Below, in pieces: positions 14,516 to 29,169 of a DNA stretch of 64,000 nucleotides; the first letter of the stretch is position 1, and every line of letters starts with the position of its first letter. Origin of the DNA: Eledone cirrhosa (Eukaryota); the NCBI GenBank assembly GCA_964016885.1, contig OZ024742.1, forward strand, positions 330,026,001-330,090,000, read 5' to 3'. Under the pieces are notes generated by a model. The model worked only from the letters and a program-made list of their open reading frames with translations, did no database searches and was not told the origin of the DNA. Made by a program: the position numbers and the translations under genes.

Positions 14516-15632
14516 TAATAAAAATAAAGAATAAAAACCAAGAAGCAGCTCCTTATATTAATAAATTCATCATTTTACGATCGTTTCTAGGATATATATG
14601 TTTGTGTTGGTATGTATATCATATAGATCTATGTAACATTTTTTACAAACTATCAGAGGGAATTTGCATACATACATACATATATATGATGTCTTCAGAA
14701 ATAGTGATATTTGTTTATTGAAAAAAAAAAAAAAAATTTAATATAATAAGTCTGTTTGGGAACAGGTTTTGAATTGACCAATAGAAAGGTAGTAAGTGCT
14801 CAAGATGGTAGAATAGTAGTAATAGAACTTTAATTTAGGGGTAGAGGAAAGCAGAATTCAGTTTTGAATGGAAAGAGTATGATGAATGAAAAGATTATTT
14901 TAGGGATGAAAAATTAGTACATGAAAAATTAGTACATGAAAAATTAGTACATGAAAAATTGATGTTATAAAAGAATAATGCTAATGTAAATGTCTAAGGA
15001 GAATAACGTTTTACGATAAATGTGTTAGTTAAAAATATCAATCAAGTTTAAAATATAGGGAATTTACATCTATAAAAAGAAAATAAATTAATTAAATTGA
15101 CAGGTATATTTATATTCATAAATTTATATTAATTCATATAGATATGATAAATAAGAGTTACATGTAATTGAAGAGTGCTGTTAAAAGCGAAGGGAAAATA
15201 AAAAAAATAATTATTATCATTGGGAGGGGGGGGGGGGGGTAAATTTATTAGTGAGAAATAACAAATTTATATAGATTATAAGGAATATAGAATCATAATC
15301 TGAAATTAAAATAGTTTATATGTATACTTATTTGTATACATTTTAGGAAAAGATAGCTGTAAAAGGGACTTAAGATTATGCAGTTCATTAGTAGTAGAAT
15401 ATTAATTATAGGTTAACTAATTTTTTTTTTAAAAATGCTATAATTATTTCTAAAGTGTATATTAATTAGGTTTATAATATTTAAAAGTTCTCCTCAATTT
15501 ATGCTTACATGATATGATTAATTCCTGTCGTTTATTTAATAGGATATTCTTAGATTTCATTATTTCAAAAGGTTCCTGGGAACATAATCTACATTCATAT
15601 CTATTATCTTGATAAGGGGTGGCCCTTTTGAG
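14515..15632 (-). mobile_element. 5'-truncated Naiad-like PLE: EN tail, about 0.9 kb 3' UTR and HHR
   Basis: 15462-15632 minus translates LKRATPYQDNRYECRLCSQEPFEIMKSKNILLNKRQELIISCKHKLRRTFKYYKPN*; not in the ORF track. Confidence 0.8.
14567..14707 (-). ncRNA. Type I HHR with about 100-nt helix II insertion
   Basis: TCACTATTT CTGAAGA ... GAAA CGATCG TA AAATGATGA; helix I pairs 8 of 9; palindromic loop III. The base of helix II pairs poorly. Confidence 0.65.
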
Positions 15633-15685
15633 TCAAAATGGGGTAAATATATAGAAAGATAGCGAGTGTTAAAAAACAATTAAAT

Positions 15686-16082
15686 GTTTTTTAACACTCT
15701 CGATATTTTTCTATATATTTACCCTATATTGTTTTACTTATTGTTTCGACTTCCTCCCCCTCCCCCTCCCTAGTATCTTCTATGACCTCCTGCCCAGTTG
15801 TAGTTGGCACTATCAACGCACGACTGGGTTTCCTCCACCCCTCTCTCTCATTCTTCTACTGGCAGGTTCAGCTACCCCTTCCCTCCACAAATTGGCATGA
15901 TAGAATTATTATGTCTCAACAACAAACTTTTTACCAATCCTTGTGACAATCACTTTTAACATATATGGAATTACCCCCTGAGAAGCTCGGCTATTCATAT
16001 ACCAGGATAACAATTTTCATTTAGTCCAAAATTAGCCATCGAAACAGCTTGAGCTCAGCCGTCGGGGTCCTACTCGTTCCTA
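15686..16082 (+). mobile_element. Family B HHR repeat with short inverted cap 15638-15680
   Basis: Homologous to 12394-12790; ends ctcgttcc-tatata. Confidence 0.8.
15973..16068 (+). ncRNA. Type I hammerhead-like ribozyme with variant core CUGAGAA
   Basis: ACCCC CTGAGAA gctcGGCTA..TAGCCatc GAAA cagct tgagctc agccg TC GGGGT. Confidence 0.7.
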
Positions 16083-16088
16083 TATATA

Positions 16089-16288
16089 NNNNNNNNNNNN
16101 NNNNNNNNNNNNNNNNNNNNNNNNNNNNNNNNNNNNNNNNNNNNNNNNNNNNNNNNNNNNNNNNNNNNNNNNNNNNNNNNNNNNNNNNNNNNNNNNNNNN
16201 NNNNNNNNNNNNNNNNNNNNNNNNNNNNNNNNNNNNNNNNNNNNNNNNNNNNNNNNNNNNNNNNNNNNNNNNNNNNNNNNNNNNNNNN
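16089..16288. other. Assembly gap (N run)
   Basis: Run of n. Confidence 0.99.
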
Positions 16289-16909
16289 TGTTTAATACAT
16301 TTATATATATATATAGGTGTGTGCGCGCGCGCGTGTGTGTGTGTGTGCGTGCGTTCGTGTGTGTGTGAGTGCATGTGTGTGTATGTTAGTGTCTTAAATA
16401 GTCATATGGAAATCGGGAATATATATATTTCATGAAGTATTTTAATATATATTTAATCAGAATATTAAATAGCTAACATAATTAATTCTCGTATTATCAT
16501 GGGTAACCTTTCTATTAAAATCGCGGCTGGCTTTTCTGAATTCCGAATGGGATTAAATTATCTTTTTACGCATATCTTAAGGGAAGCAAAGATCAATTCT
16601 TCAGCTTCTTTCATAGAATCGATATAAGTCTATACGAAGCTGCATTTAATCTAGATGTCACACCTGCCTCAATCGATTCAGCTTGAACGTCTGAATTACT
16701 TATATATAAAAATGTTGAATGAAAATAATTAACTGATATAAAATAGAGACATTCGCTGGGCAAGGAAATAAACGTGTAACAGAAATAAATAACTGTTAGG
16801 ACAAATAACGTTTGATGTTAAAAAAACTAAATGCACACGCATACACAATCACACACAAACTTACCCACACATACATACAATGATATATATACATATATAT
16901 ATATACATA

Positions 16910-17227
<318 letters not shown>

Positions 17228-17229
17228 TA

Positions 17230-17585
17230 GATCCCCTCTGGCTTCTCAACATTCTCTACCAGATATTTTGTTTTAGTCTCATTCATTCTCAGCCCCACAC
17301 TCATCGACACAGTCTCAACCTCCCGCATCAAATCATCAGCCTCCTTCACTGTATTTGTCACCAAAACTATGTCGTCGGCAAATTCAGCATCCGATACCTT
17401 TTTCGCCCTAACTCTCCTGCTCTGAGCCCCTACATGGAGACACTAGAAGAGGAAGACCAAGGTTAACGTATGTTGATGCCCTACGGACAGACACTGGTCT
17501 GTTGGAGACGCACGACATGGCAGCGATAATGAGGGACAGAGACCGCTGGAGAGAACTCGTCCATGGATCTCGGGAATTTTACCCG

Positions 17586-17590
<5 letters not shown>
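17230..17590. mobile_element. RTE-clade LINE fragment with 5' inversion
   Basis: Minus: DAEFADDIVLVTNTVKEADDLMREVE..GLRMNETKTKY (RT). Plus: EPLHGDTRRGRPRLTYVD..MRDRDRWRELV (RTE C-terminus). Confidence 0.8.
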
Positions 17591-17646
<56 letters not shown>

Positions 17647-18099
17647 TAGGTAGATAAATACATACAGTTAAAAAGAGAAGGTGCTAAAACACAAATGTAT
17701 ATTTAAAGATTGTGTTTTTCTTTAATCTGAAAAAATGCATAATTTTATAACTGTTGCATGAGATATTACCGGTTTCATTTGGTATAATGATCTTATGAAA
17801 TATTAGATATTAACAAACAATGTTTGTTCATGAATTCAGTGACCAGTTTGAATATATGTGAACTTTCTCTCAAAATAGTTCCTTATATACGTGTATGTTC
17901 TTCATGAAGGCGCGGTTGTAGCTGGAAGTGATATTCAACGGGACAATTCCACTTAGGCAGACACATTGGCAGATGTGCAGGATTAGACATACCCATCCTC
18001 AATTTAAGTTTTCCTATATAACCTTGTGTATAGAAGTAACATCTCTAAATATAAAAAAGAAATAAAGAGAGAACAAAACAGTGATTGAAACGGAATATA

Positions 18100-20600
18100 T
18101 TAAATATGATTCATCGGATCGAATAATAAATATATATTGTTATTTCTTGTGATAGAACTTCGGTAAACTGAAATCATCTTATTTAGAAGAAAATTATATC
18201 CATATATTCTGGGTATGTTTAAGGTAATGGGCTGACAGAATCAATATAACATATAACATCGGACAGAATTCTTTATAGTATTTTTCCGGCTTTTTTCGTT
18301 CTTCATTAAAATCTCGCCGAGACTAACATTGCCTTTTTTCCATTGGGTTTCAAATGCAATTTCGAATACGATTCTTCTGAACAGCCTACATGACGAAAAT
18401 GTAGCGAACAACTAAGAAAGCTTAATATACATAAAATAATAAGAATTCGGGGCGAGATCAGAAGATTTGTGTTAACAAACATTTTATGTAGAATACATTA
18501 TCGGTATAATTGTCTCTACAATTATTCTTCGGTATAGTATTGAGAAATGTGTTTCATAGAACATAAAATAACTGTTAGTGAAGCAAATACTATGTTTAAT
18601 ATTAGTCTCAAAATGTTTTCATTTTTTATTTCACATTTCTTTTTTCATTATTATCTTTTCTCTGTTGTGTTTCTCTTCGTCTTCGTCTTTACCCCTCCAG
18701 TATAAATGTAATATGAGTAATATGCTAAATGAGGAGCTGCCGATATATTTATATTCCAATTTTGTTTATGTTTCATGCAGGAACCCAATAATTATGTTTC
18801 TTTTACGAGGCGGTAAGTGTTTCTGTACTACCTGCTGTACTATTTTATTGTATTGCCAAGTATATCATGCCTGGGCATCTAATGAGGCCACATTAGGCAA
18901 CTACAAGGTCTCTAATAACGAAATATTTACTATATCACACATGTTATTCCTTGTTTCCTCATTCAAACCGGATTCTTGCATTTTTGACTCAAACACACAT
19001 ACATACCCACACACACGCATGGAGAAACAAACACACACACCGACACACACACGCCTCCCCACACACACACGCATATATATATAACTAGTGGAGCATTTTA
19101 AAGAAAATATAGCACATGTCAAAATATCTGATTCTGTATTTACAGAATTAATGCACGCTGTGCTATGAATCTGTTCGCATATGTTGTTGCTTTAGATTTC
19201 GTCATAAATTGATTGAAGTCTAAATCAATTTCATGAGGCATTTTTTTCTGCTGAGAATATAGTCGATTTACGTTATATAGTTTTTATTGTAGCCAAAATG
19301 GCGTCACAGCAGATATCCTTATAATCTAGAAGTGTATCGTGTCACTTTGATATTCTCGCGTGTGTGCAATAATCATCCACAAAATATTTATTGGATGTCG
19401 AATTTATGTGCCTTTTCTGGTGTTGTTCTCATGGATTTTTGTTCATTCAGATTGCTGCTTTTACTCCCGTCATCCATCAGCCTAATTCCAACTACTTATC
19501 AACCAAGCTGACAATGCTACTATGCTGATGGAACTTAAATTATTCTTGAGAAGGAAATATGTTCTCAAAGTAGTCATTTCATTATTCTTTATCTATTAAG
19601 TTTCACACGTAATTTTATTTTCATATTTGATTAAAATACCCATGTTCCCACAAAATCCTATATAGCTTGAGTAACGTTAAATAGCTCTACCCAGTTTCAT
19701 TAAATATCATTTCAATTCTCTAATAAAAACGATTCTTACACTGACTGCTGCATCTGTTGATGAGATTTTATTTCATCAACCAAGAGGTATGTTTAGATGA
19801 TACTGGTTTTCTCTTTATATATATTATTTAAAATCATCTTGTCTTAGCTAATACAAAAGGAATATCTATAGAGTGAAATGATGCCGAAATCCACCATCCT
19901 TTTAAATATCATTTGGAGATACTTATTATGTAGACCGTCTATTCTAGGAAACTGTATCGTTGTTTCTAAGTATTAGTCAACAAGTAGAACTGTATATCCC
20001 CATAAAAGAGTTTTATTGGAGTTGTGCATCTGATTTCATCAAAATGTTGTGTGTATACTTCTTTGAATAAGCAGCCATGTGGCACCGTACGAATTGCCTC
20101 CAAGCGAGCTATTCAGCCATAAAAAACATTTTCCTTCGTAAATTGACATCAACTACTATCATCGTCTTAACAAGGAGCGGTTAACTTGACTTTAAAAGGT
20201 AACTTGAATTTATCGGTTCTGCGCTACCGACAAAAAATGAACTGTTTAATTATCCCGTAGCATATTGTTTGGTGAAGGTTTATCTAATTCAAGCGGACCA
20301 GTGCTGTATCTATCATGTTAATATTCTTGCCTTGGGTATTATCATTCTTCTCTAAACAATATCTCTTATAGTTCTGTATTGATAAAGAAGGGTTTGAAAA
20401 CGACGATAATTATGAAGGACGAAATCAAGATGAAAATGAAGATGCCGAAGTTAGTTCTAAGATAGAAAATAGTTCTACACTTGTATATGTACCAATATTT
20501 GCCCTCACTCATTTATATAAACGGGATTGCTCTATCGCCATTATTTGACAAGATATTTTGACATTGATTGACCTGCTATGAACTTATATTTTATTAATCA
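18100..20600 (-). pseudogene. Possible highly degenerate hAT transposase relic
   Basis: Scattered minus-strand peptides in the expected order: SSTD (about 19760), MTGVK (about 19460), YCTH (about 19365), CSEESYSKL (about 18370). Many stops. Confidence 0.3.
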
Positions 20601-20783
20601 GCCGTCTACATTATAGTGTGATTTCGAAGATTTATTACACAATGCTATATCTACATACATATAATGCCTGTTACACTTGCATACACATGCATGCGTACAT
20701 ACACACATACACATACATACATGCACACACACACATATATATATATACACGTATGTATATATATATATCTATATATCTATATA

Positions 20784-20847
<64 letters not shown>

Positions 20848-20913
20848 CATATATACATATATATACATATATATATGCATATAGCCGGATGGCTGAAACA
20901 GGTAAAAGAGTAA

Positions 20914-20948
<35 letters not shown>

Positions 20949-20951
20949 TGC

Positions 20952-21041
<90 letters not shown>

Positions 21042-21632
21042 GTATATTTATATATATAGTCATGTGTGTGTACGCGTGTATATATACACCATAGAATTAC
21101 ACGCTTCCCGCTAGCTTCCTTCCAACTCCTAGACATTAAAATACAGAATTTGACCCCCCAGCTAAAGATTCATTCAAACAGTATAACTGAAGTAACCCCG
21201 AAATATTGTATGAATACTCACCGTCTGAAGCGTGGAGGTACTGACTTTATCATTGTTCACCATGAAGCCTAATTCTAGATAAGAGAACAATAGAATTTAA
21301 CCAACTTTGATTATATCAAATAATTTCAGAGACAAAGAATTATATTATTTCATTTGTTATCATGACGACTGTGAATAGGAATAGTAAAAAAAAAAGTAAA
21401 AATATTTAAATAATTTTCAAAACGTTCACTACAACCACAAATACTAATAATATCTCCTAAGTCAGGAAATATAAGAATTACACTATCATCATCCCTACCG
21501 CCAGTATCTATAGAACGCGTTCTTGTCATCACTCACTACAACCATCCATGCAGTAGCTAAGGTTATCGGTACCGATTGTAGGACCTAAAGAAACCTCCAA
21601 CACAGATACAAACCGCAGAACAACAAAATAAA

Positions 21633-21872
<240 letters not shown>

Positions 21873-22102
21873 GAGGAAGGAATAATGAAGTTTGTCCTAT
21901 TAGCTATGTCCACCACACCTCTCCCATATAATTCTTGTAATGCTACAATGTTCAGCTCTCTTGAGATTTTCTCACCACTCCTAAGAAGGGTTAACTGGTC
22001 CATCAGTGGAATAATAGTCAATTTCCTCCAACACAGACAAAATCAGTTCGTGAAATCCCTTACTTTCCATTGTATATATACACATGGTCACACAAACATA
22101 AA

Positions 22103-22208
<106 letters not shown>

Positions 22209-22217
22209 ATATATATA

Positions 22218-22290
<73 letters not shown>

Positions 22291-22301
22291 TGTTATGCTT
22301 T

Positions 22302-22344
22302 GTCAAAGTTCTTTCGTCACATATTATGTGACCTCTTCAGTGAC
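22302..22344 (-). ncRNA. Minimal type I HHR
   Basis: GTCA CTGAAGA G GTCACAT aat ATGTGAC GAAA gaac TT TGAC. Confidence 0.75.
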
Positions 22345-22559
22345 TGGGGGTTCTTTTCTTTGTTTTTTGTGCCTCTCTTTTGTTCTGTCCTACGCCATCT
22401 TTTTTTTGTGTGTGTGTTGTGTGCTCAGTTTGCGCATGTGTTACATCCGGGTGTCTGTGTGTGTTTATATTAGTTTATTTATTTGTTTATTTACATGTTA
22501 CTGGTTGGTTGTTTGTTCTATGTGCATGTGTGTTTTCATTATGTCCTTAATTGTAAGTT

Positions 22560-23880
22560 GTGATGTTGCTGTTCCACTCAGGTTTTCTATTTAATTTTGG
22601 TTGTCATTCATTTATGTTTATTGCCTCTGAGATTTGTCTAAACATTGCGTCTTTTCTGTGTGTAGATTCTATTTTTATTTCTACGTTCTCTAATTTACCC
22701 TTATGTTCTATTTTGGCATGTTGGTAGAGTACAGATGAATTTTACTATCTTGAAGGTCTCGCCAGTGTACATTTATACGTTCCCCTATACTACGAGCTGT
22801 CTCACCTATGTACACTTTATTTTTATCTCTACATTGTCCTTCAGTACATCTTATGCTATATACTACATTTCTAGTTTTACAGTTAATATGGAGCATAATT
22901 TACAGATTATACATTTGTTATCTATACAGGGAGGTCTTTGAAACGGGTATGTCTTTCTAATAAGCGTATTTATGGAGGTACCTAGTCTTTCTACTATCTT
23001 AATATTGAGTTTATGTTTATCTAGGGCCCTTCTAATTTTGTAAGTTAATTCACCTCTAGGGGTTGTATCGATGAACATTACACTCTGGTATTTATTGCTA
23101 TCATGCCATGAGTTTATTCTATTAGCCGTATTCCTAGTTCTTTCTATTCTATTCCAAAATTTGCTCCTATACAAGGGGCAGGTCCCATGTGTGTCATTAT
23201 TTACCATTTTTTTCCCATTTGGTTCTGGCACCTCTATACCCTCTGATCTTATCTCTCTGATTGTAACCAGAGAACTGCATACGGTGGATGAAGTGTTGTA
23301 TGTGTCTCTCTAGTTCTTCGGGGTCGGACTGCGGGACACGTTTTCATCACCCGTACCAAATCCGCAATCAGTATGTTGATTTTGGTATGGTCCGAAACAG
23401 CTGAGTTTCGGTGGATCAGATATTTGGAAGTCATGGGTTTGGCATAATGGGAATGGAGGATTTGTTTTTTGTTATTAATGGTATCTAACCAGAGCTCTGT
23501 GTCTAGTACAGGTAATCGTTGGTTGGGGTGTTTGCTTGTAACTCTAATACACTGGTGGATGGAGTTAGCTATTTGCTGGATGCTTTCCATTGTGTTTTTC
23601 TCTAATTCCCGACTGTTCTCAAGTGGGGGTGTTTTAACTACGATGTTTATATCATCAACGTAGCGGGAGTACATTATCAGGGTTAAGGGGTCTTCTAATT
23701 GTTTTTTAAGTTTAAGTTTAAGTCTACTGTCCGACCATACTATGAATAAGTTAGCTATGTCGCCTGCAATGATAACACCAATGGTTGCTCCCTCCTCTTG
23801 GGCATATGTTTTTCCATTAAATTTGAACAAATGTTCCTTAAGGGTTAATTTTATGCTGGCCCCCACCGCATGTGCAATCA
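22560..23880 (-). pseudogene. PLE RT C-terminal half + GIY-YIG, frameshifted
   Basis: YSRYVDDINI, HYAKPMTS, NVVYSIRC..YIGETARS. Confidence 0.88.
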
Positions 23881-24150
23881 TAAATGAATTACAACCAAAA
23901 TTAAATAGAAAAGATAAGTGGAACAGTAACATCACAACTTACAATTAAGGAAAAAATGAAAATACACACGCACACAGAACAAACAACCAACCAGTAACAT
24001 GTATATAAACAAATAAATAAACGAATATAAACACACACAGACACCCGGATGTAACACATGCGCAAACTAAGCACACAACACAAACACACAAACAAGATGG
24101 GGTAGGACAGAACAAAAGAGAGGCACAAAAAACAAATAAAATAAATCCCA

Positions 24151-24193
24151 GTCACTGACGAGGTCACATAATATGTGACGAAACAACTTTGAC
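24151..24193 (+). ncRNA. Minimal type I HHR
   Basis: GTCA CTGACGA G GTCACAT aat ATGTGAC GAAA caac TT TGAC. Confidence 0.72.
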
Positions 24194-24321
24194 AATATAT
24201 AAACGAACATATGGTTGTGGAACCAACCAACCAACCGGAAATTTATAAATTCCTAAATTTATAACTTTATTATAATAAATTGAAGTGAAAGCAACTGGTG
24301 CGTGTGTTTCTTATTGGCAAC

Positions 24322-26890
24322 ATGTCCCTCCCAAAATATAACAATATCGGTTTCAACACACGTTTTCAGATAAATAATCCTGCAAAACAAATTCAGAAAC
24401 GAAATATCGTAAGCCTTAGCCAGGCTAACAAGATACTGAAAACCACCATGTTCTGTTGTCTAAGAAAAACAATAACATCTCGACAACTACACTTCATAAA
24501 AGAATGTGCCTCGTCCCGAGTTTACACTAACACCATCAACACCGATGTAAGAAGATTGCAGCTCACCAAAAAGCAAGCAGATATGCTAAAACGAACACTA
24601 ATTCTAAACATAAAAAAGAAGATTTATAGAGAATTAAATCATTAAGAAAAACATAAGCGTAACCTAATACAATAAATAACTAAGATCACTACACCAAGAG
24701 AAAAACTAATATTTATAAACCTTATACGTCCTGAAGAACAGTACATTGTTCAAGAATGTGACAAGTACTTTAACAAGAAAATAAGTGGCTTAAACAGATA
24801 AAACTAAATCAAGATAATTTAGAGAATATCAATAGATATCCCGACAAAATCGACGGTATAAATATGGCCGACATCTCATTAACAGATGGATTCAACAACA
24901 ACAACACAAATATATACGGCAACACTACGGTCGACTCTGATGAATTATCTGTATTACAACTGCCGCCTAAGTATGCCACATACAACAAGGTAAATATGAT
25001 TAGATGCTTGTCAGAAATAGAAAAAATATTTACAAAATTACGTTGGTGCCTCAAAAACAAAAACTAAAACAAAAACAGAAGTAACAACATACGCACACAC
25101 ACACATATATACAACACACTTCCCAACAACAACAGACACACATGCACAAACAACAATAACAACAACACACGCATCAACAATAATAACATACTCGGAAACA
25201 ACAACAACAGACACACAGACACAAACAACAATAACAACACACACAACAATAATAACATACACGGAGACAACAACAACAACACATATAAACACCAGCAAAT
25301 ATCAACAACAACAACAACACACACACATTCAATGCCTCTCACCACCAAAACAATCTTAACAAACACACAGACACATAAAACAGGCAATGATAGTAGCGCA
25401 TAAATAAAAGAAGGTAATAGGATTGAAAGGAGAAGGGAGACTATGGACAGAGAAAATAATCAAGACGAACACACAGACACACAAAATAGAGTAGATAATA
25501 ACAATGAGCCAGCGAAAAGAGACAGGAGTAATAATGAGAGACATAGAAACAACCATGAGTCTGTTGGTGGAAATAGAAATAGAAACAACACAACTAACAA
25601 TAACAATAGCACTAGTAAACATAAAGCAGCAGCCCGGAACTCTACTTTTTATAATCCCTCCGATAAGTCCTTCGACCTGCGACGAGTCCACGCCACGACT
25701 TTAGCTTTTAACAAACGCACACAGTTACCGTCCCAGGTCGATGGACAAACAGAAGCACAAATTAGTATAGCTAGATCTAAACTTAGAAATATTATAGAAC
25801 AGTATAGCAAGAAACATAATAGAATGGAGGCGCAGAAACTGGGAGAAAAAATCTGCAAATGGCTTGCGTAAGCTCATGCAGCGCTTGCGTAATGGAGAGA
25901 TAGCATGCTTTCCAACAGACAAGTCTGGCAGAATGTCTGTTGACAGTCTGCCAAACTACATCCAGGCAATGCAACCCCACATAGCAAACACAAGAGAAGT
26001 AACACCACAAGAGCATGAGGATAGAGAAAAAGCCCTCAATGGTGATGTGGACAAATATAATGCAGCCCAACAAAAGGACTGCCAACAACTTCCAGGCCTG
26101 GAACAATGACGTGCCAGCGTTGTATGGGCTTCGAAAAGACCATAACACGAGCACTGACCCTGTCACGGGACCACCAACACGGCCAGTCTGTGGAGCTAAC
26201 ATTGCTAGTAACTACAGACTGTCCTACTTCCTCTCCCTGATCATACGCCCCATAATTGAAATGTCCCCAGATATATGTGACAACACGGAGGACCATCTCA
26301 GCAGAATCGGCGAGAGTAACCGGTCTATGGACCTAGCAAACTGCATAATAGGTAGTATGGATGTTGTGTCCATGTATCCATTTATTGATGTGGATTTTGC
26401 TGTGGAAAATTGCGTAGAAATGATCTGTGAGAGTAATGTTGAATTCCGTAGGATTGATACCAGTGAGCTGCGACTCCTACTTAAACTTACCTATAGTAAT
26501 ATTTATCTAGACAACCTGTGCCCTACAAGATGAGCAAGAGGCAGACCACCTACGATTACCTGAATGGCCAAGAAAACCCACACAGATAGATGGAACGGGT
26601 GGACCAGAGTTATACGGACCCCCGAAAACCACGATGAACTAAAGAAAATGATTGCACATGCGGTTGGGGCCAGCATAAAATTAACCCTTAAGGAACATAT
26701 ATTCAAATTTAATGGGAAAACATATGCCCAAGAGGACGTAGCAGCAATTGGTGTTAGCATTGCAGGCGACATAGCTAACTTATCCATGGTATGGTGGGAC
26801 GGTAGACTTAAACTTAAACTTAAAGAACAGTTAGAAGACCCATTAACCCTGATAATGTACTCCCGCTACGTTGATGATATAAATATATTA
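24322..26890 (+). pseudogene. PLE ORF from its start (MSLPKYNN) through RT YVDD; multiple stops and frameshifts; 3' part deleted
   Basis: LQLPPKYA, TDKSGR, LYGLRKDH, GSMDVVSMYP, RYVDDI. Confidence 0.87.
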
Positions 26891-27306
26891 AATGTTAAGA
26901 AATTTATAAATTCCTAAATTTATAAATTTATTATAATAAATTGAAGTGAAAGAAACTGGTGCATGTGTTTCTTATTGGCAACATGACCCTCCCAAAGTAT
27001 AATAATATCGGTTTCAACACACGTCTTCAGATAAATAATCTTGCTAAACAAATTCAGAAACGATATATATATATACATATAATATAAGTTAAAACAATGA
27101 AACAAAAATTCAAGTTATTATAAATATATGAAGTATATTTCTAATGACTTGATTTCTTATTTCATCGTTTTAACTTATATCATGACTCTGTTTTCCTTTT
27201 GATGTTTTATTGTTTTCCGGGATTTATTTTAACCTACATTTTCAACATATGGATTACATTGAGTTCTTCATGCAGACCAGACCACACAACTAACAGTGGA
27301 TATTTC

Positions 27307-27359
<53 letters not shown>

Positions 27360-27625
27360 GAAAAAGAGAATCAATGTTGCGACGAAATGCATTTATTGGA
27401 CATATTACCAATGTTTCGCGGGCGACCAGCTCGAGGCACGATCGATATGTTGATCATACCTGACTCTGAGCTGATCGCCCGAGAAGCATTTGTAAGATGT
27501 CCAATAAATTCATTTCGCCGCAGCAATGATTCTCTTTTTTCTGTAATATCATACTCTGCTCCAGAGGGCATCGAGTGCTCATACGGCCTACCGCATATGG
27601 ACTCTTTCAGCATCCAACACCAATT
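27360..27625. mobile_element. Fold-back repeat with degenerate HHR halves
   Basis: 27360-27432 mirrors 27468-27542; GAAAcattggTA on the minus arm; TA-flanked. Confidence 0.7.
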
Positions 27626-28504
27626 ATATATATATATATATATTTTATTTGCCTAATGATTGTTAGACTGTAAATAAAACCCTTCTATGTACTGTTGGCC
27701 ATGCTATTCTTCACTCTTTCAATATTATTACATCAATATAAACTTACATAGGAATTCAAGAGAATTCATAAACTCGACACCTACATAAACCTCTTGTTGA
27801 GTCAAACAACGCCGTACGCTAGTATTCACAACCTCTAACTGGATTACCTATAACGATATTTTCTTATATATATATCAGTCATTGTCCATAGCATCAATGA
27901 AGCGCTAACATCGCCATCACAAAAATCACCATGAATATTGAAATAATATAGCAAGACCTACGTTCAAGCATTCAAACATATTTAGAGCCGCTTGAAAGAA
28001 CCATTCACAGTTTTCCTCGCAGGCAAATACACTCACATAAACGATCGAGTCCACAAACATGCCGATTGGATATATGCCAAATGTTAGATGTGAACATTTT
28101 CCAGTTGTATAAGCAGGTGATAACTAGTATTTCAAACCGATCAGGCAGGATATAAGTATTGGATCAGGCTTGAAGATAATTATAAAATCCTAAACTACAG
28201 GAGGATCGAGAATTCTACTTCTAATCAAATCTAGATATAATTCGAGAACCTATTACAGTTAATCTTGAAATAGAAATAGTCAATAGGATAAAGAAGCAAA
28301 CTGAGAGACACAAATAGCATACCATTTGTAACTCTCTCATTAGAGTCTAAGTAGACTTTGAACATTCAAAATATACCCAAACAGCAGATGCCCTACATGA
28401 CACCTAATACAACAACTAACAAGGTCGTAGAAAGAAAATGTATATACATGTATATTCAATAGTGTTTACACACATACATGTCAATTTAGATCCTTGCAGG
28501 AATA

Positions 28505-28826
28505 TATATATATTTGTTTTGTGAGGTTTTTGATATGAAATAGTGTGTCGAAAAAATATTGTTATAATTGGGGAGGGTCTTATCGTTGTATTAATATTGC
28601 CAGAATTAATAACAAAACACACTCACTGTCTGGTTGAATTTCGCTTCTGTATCTTTTATATAAGTTAATTCCTTCGGTCCTCAATGTTGATCGTCAACCC
28701 ATTGAGGACCGAATGAATTAACTGATATAAAAGATACAGAAGCGAAAACCAACCAAACAGTGAGTGTGTTATGTTACTATTTCTGGCAATATTATTACAA
28801 CGATATGACCCTCCCCAAGTATAACA

Positions 28827-28830
<4 letters not shown>
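28505..28830. mobile_element. Fold-back of a pLTR tail homologous to 1000-1180
   Basis: 28556-28690 mirrors 28694-28830; encodes the MTLPKYNN start. Confidence 0.82.
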
Positions 28831-28869
<39 letters not shown>

Positions 28870-28872
<3 letters not shown>

Positions 28873-29058
28873 CAAAGGAATTGTGGTAAGGAACCAAATG
28901 GGCCATAACGCACCAGAGTACTCAATACTTAGGGTTGTAGAGTGGGAAATAGGAAAAAAGTATGACCCCGACGGCATAGCTAAAGCCGTTTCGACGGCTA
29001 TTTCTCGACATAAATATCCGTCGAAACGGCTTGAGCTCTGCCGTCGGGATCATATTTG

Positions 29059-29062
<4 letters not shown>
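28870..29062. mobile_element. Family B fold-back, apex about 29010
   Basis: gaccccgacggc..gccgtttcgacgg | ccgtcgaaacggcttgagctc; TA-flanked. Confidence 0.78.
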
Positions 29063-29113
<51 letters not shown>

Positions 29114-29169
29114 ATAATACATTTGAAGACTAAAATCCAAAGAGGGCTCCATAAGGATAAATATATATT

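Larger units (their letters stand above)
22291..27063. mobile_element. Decayed PLE related to the 978-6115 element: inverted truncated arm 22291-23880 (minus), then pLTR + ORF + pLTR tail 23881-27063 (plus)
   Basis: RT/EN motifs on both strands; 22295-22610 mirrors 23881-24198; about 165-bp direct repeat 24239-24407 / 26900-27063. Confidence 0.88.

Noticed and set aside
14076-14960. 37-bp and 15-bp direct repeats as CRISPR-like arrays
   Set aside because: No unique spacers, no cas genes, eukaryotic context.
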